64,000 nt of DNA from NCBI RefSeq assembly GCF_004010195.1, contig NC_057751.1, positions 14,727,951 through 14,791,950 on the forward strand, written 5' to 3'. The notes under the pieces were generated by a model, which saw nothing but the letters and a program-made list of their open reading frames with translations, made no database searches and was not told the origin of the DNA. The position numbers and the translations under genes were made by a program. The DNA comes from Chiloscyllium plagiosum. Lineage: Eukaryota. Positions 63,151 to 64,000 of this stretch are shown piece after piece. How positions within the stretch are numbered: the first letter of the stretch is position 1; each line of letters starts with the position of its first letter.

Positions 63151-64000
63151 ATCCAGTGGCCTTTCTCAGGCTTTGATTTCAGCAGAAGAATGGTGACTGT
63201 AATTAAGGATTTGCATTTCCTGTCAAGTTTTGCGTCCTTTGTGAAGGGACTGCAAGGGCTGGTACTCAAATCAACATGTCTCATGTGTCACTCTGCACTG
63301 AGTACAGTGACAGCTGCTCGACAGTGAGAAACGTCACTGTTGTGGTCAATACTGGCCACATCTGATCTTTATTTAACGCGCAGAGAATAATTCGGCCTGA
63401 CCCAAATCTTTCATGTGGCAAAGTGTCAAATAATTACCATATAAACTTCAATTAGAAAATAAAGCCTTCTTCAATTTTTCTTTTGATCAGCTCCAAAGAT
63501 TTATATGAACCATGTTTTTATTGTTCCAGAAGAAAGCTATGCCTGAAGTTTATGCATGAATATTTCTCTGGTATTTTCAGACAGGCTTCTCGTTGCGGTA
63601 TTTAATGGTCGTTGTTGTAATCAAATATTTTCCATCTCTGCGAGATCACAGAAGTAAAAATGTGATTTTTTTAATGCCCTGTGTTGGTAAGGCCTGAGTT
63701 GGAAGCTGAGATCACAGGGCAGTGAAGAGAATGGTGGAAGAGAAAGTTAAATTAAGGAGTTTAGGCCTTGGTGAACACACGCAAGGTGCTTAAGACGTGG
63801 TGCCAGTGTTGTGAAATTGGTGTTTTTAAAATGCTCGAGGGGCAAAGATTGCAAGGTCCCTTTAAAAGATGGAGTTTTTTTTCCGTGCTCAGAGACATAA
63901 AATGGCTGTCTCAGAGCAGCGGTGTGGGGGGTTTGCAAGTGCACAGAGAGCACCCGAGCTGAAACACTTGTTTCAAAAGGCCACACAGTTAGCAGGCCAA

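Overview
Repeat-rich vertebrate genomic DNA, most likely from a shark. That assignment is inferred from HE1-type tRNA-derived SINEs, CR1/HER1 LINEs and Penelope-like elements. Two protein-coding genes are supported. (1) A complete CHMP7 on the minus strand: 10 coding exons, 17329->798, 1359 nt, 452 aa, all introns GT-AG and phase-consistent. Its CpG-rich promoter carries about 15 CCAAT boxes, many spaced about 30 bp apart. (2) An LGI-family gene, best matching LGI3. Exons 3-8 lie on the minus strand (34772->24918), the only exon 1 is on the PLUS strand (62549-62757) beyond an exact 500-N gap, and exon 2 was not found. The rest is CR1, Rex1/Babar-like and other LINE fragments, SINEs, solo LTRs, Penelope-like elements with minimal hammerhead ribozyme motifs, mini/microsatellites, a 1.35-kb tandem duplication and four N gaps. 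The most notable structures are inverted ~70-bp minisatellite arrays bracketing the frame-preserving LGI exon 7, a templated copy of the CHMP7 exon-4 acceptor that forms a candidate 55-nt poison exon, the CCAAT array, and three families of Penelope hammerheads. Exon boundaries were read by hand. Repeat boundaries are approximate, and homology statements come from recall of the families, not from a search.
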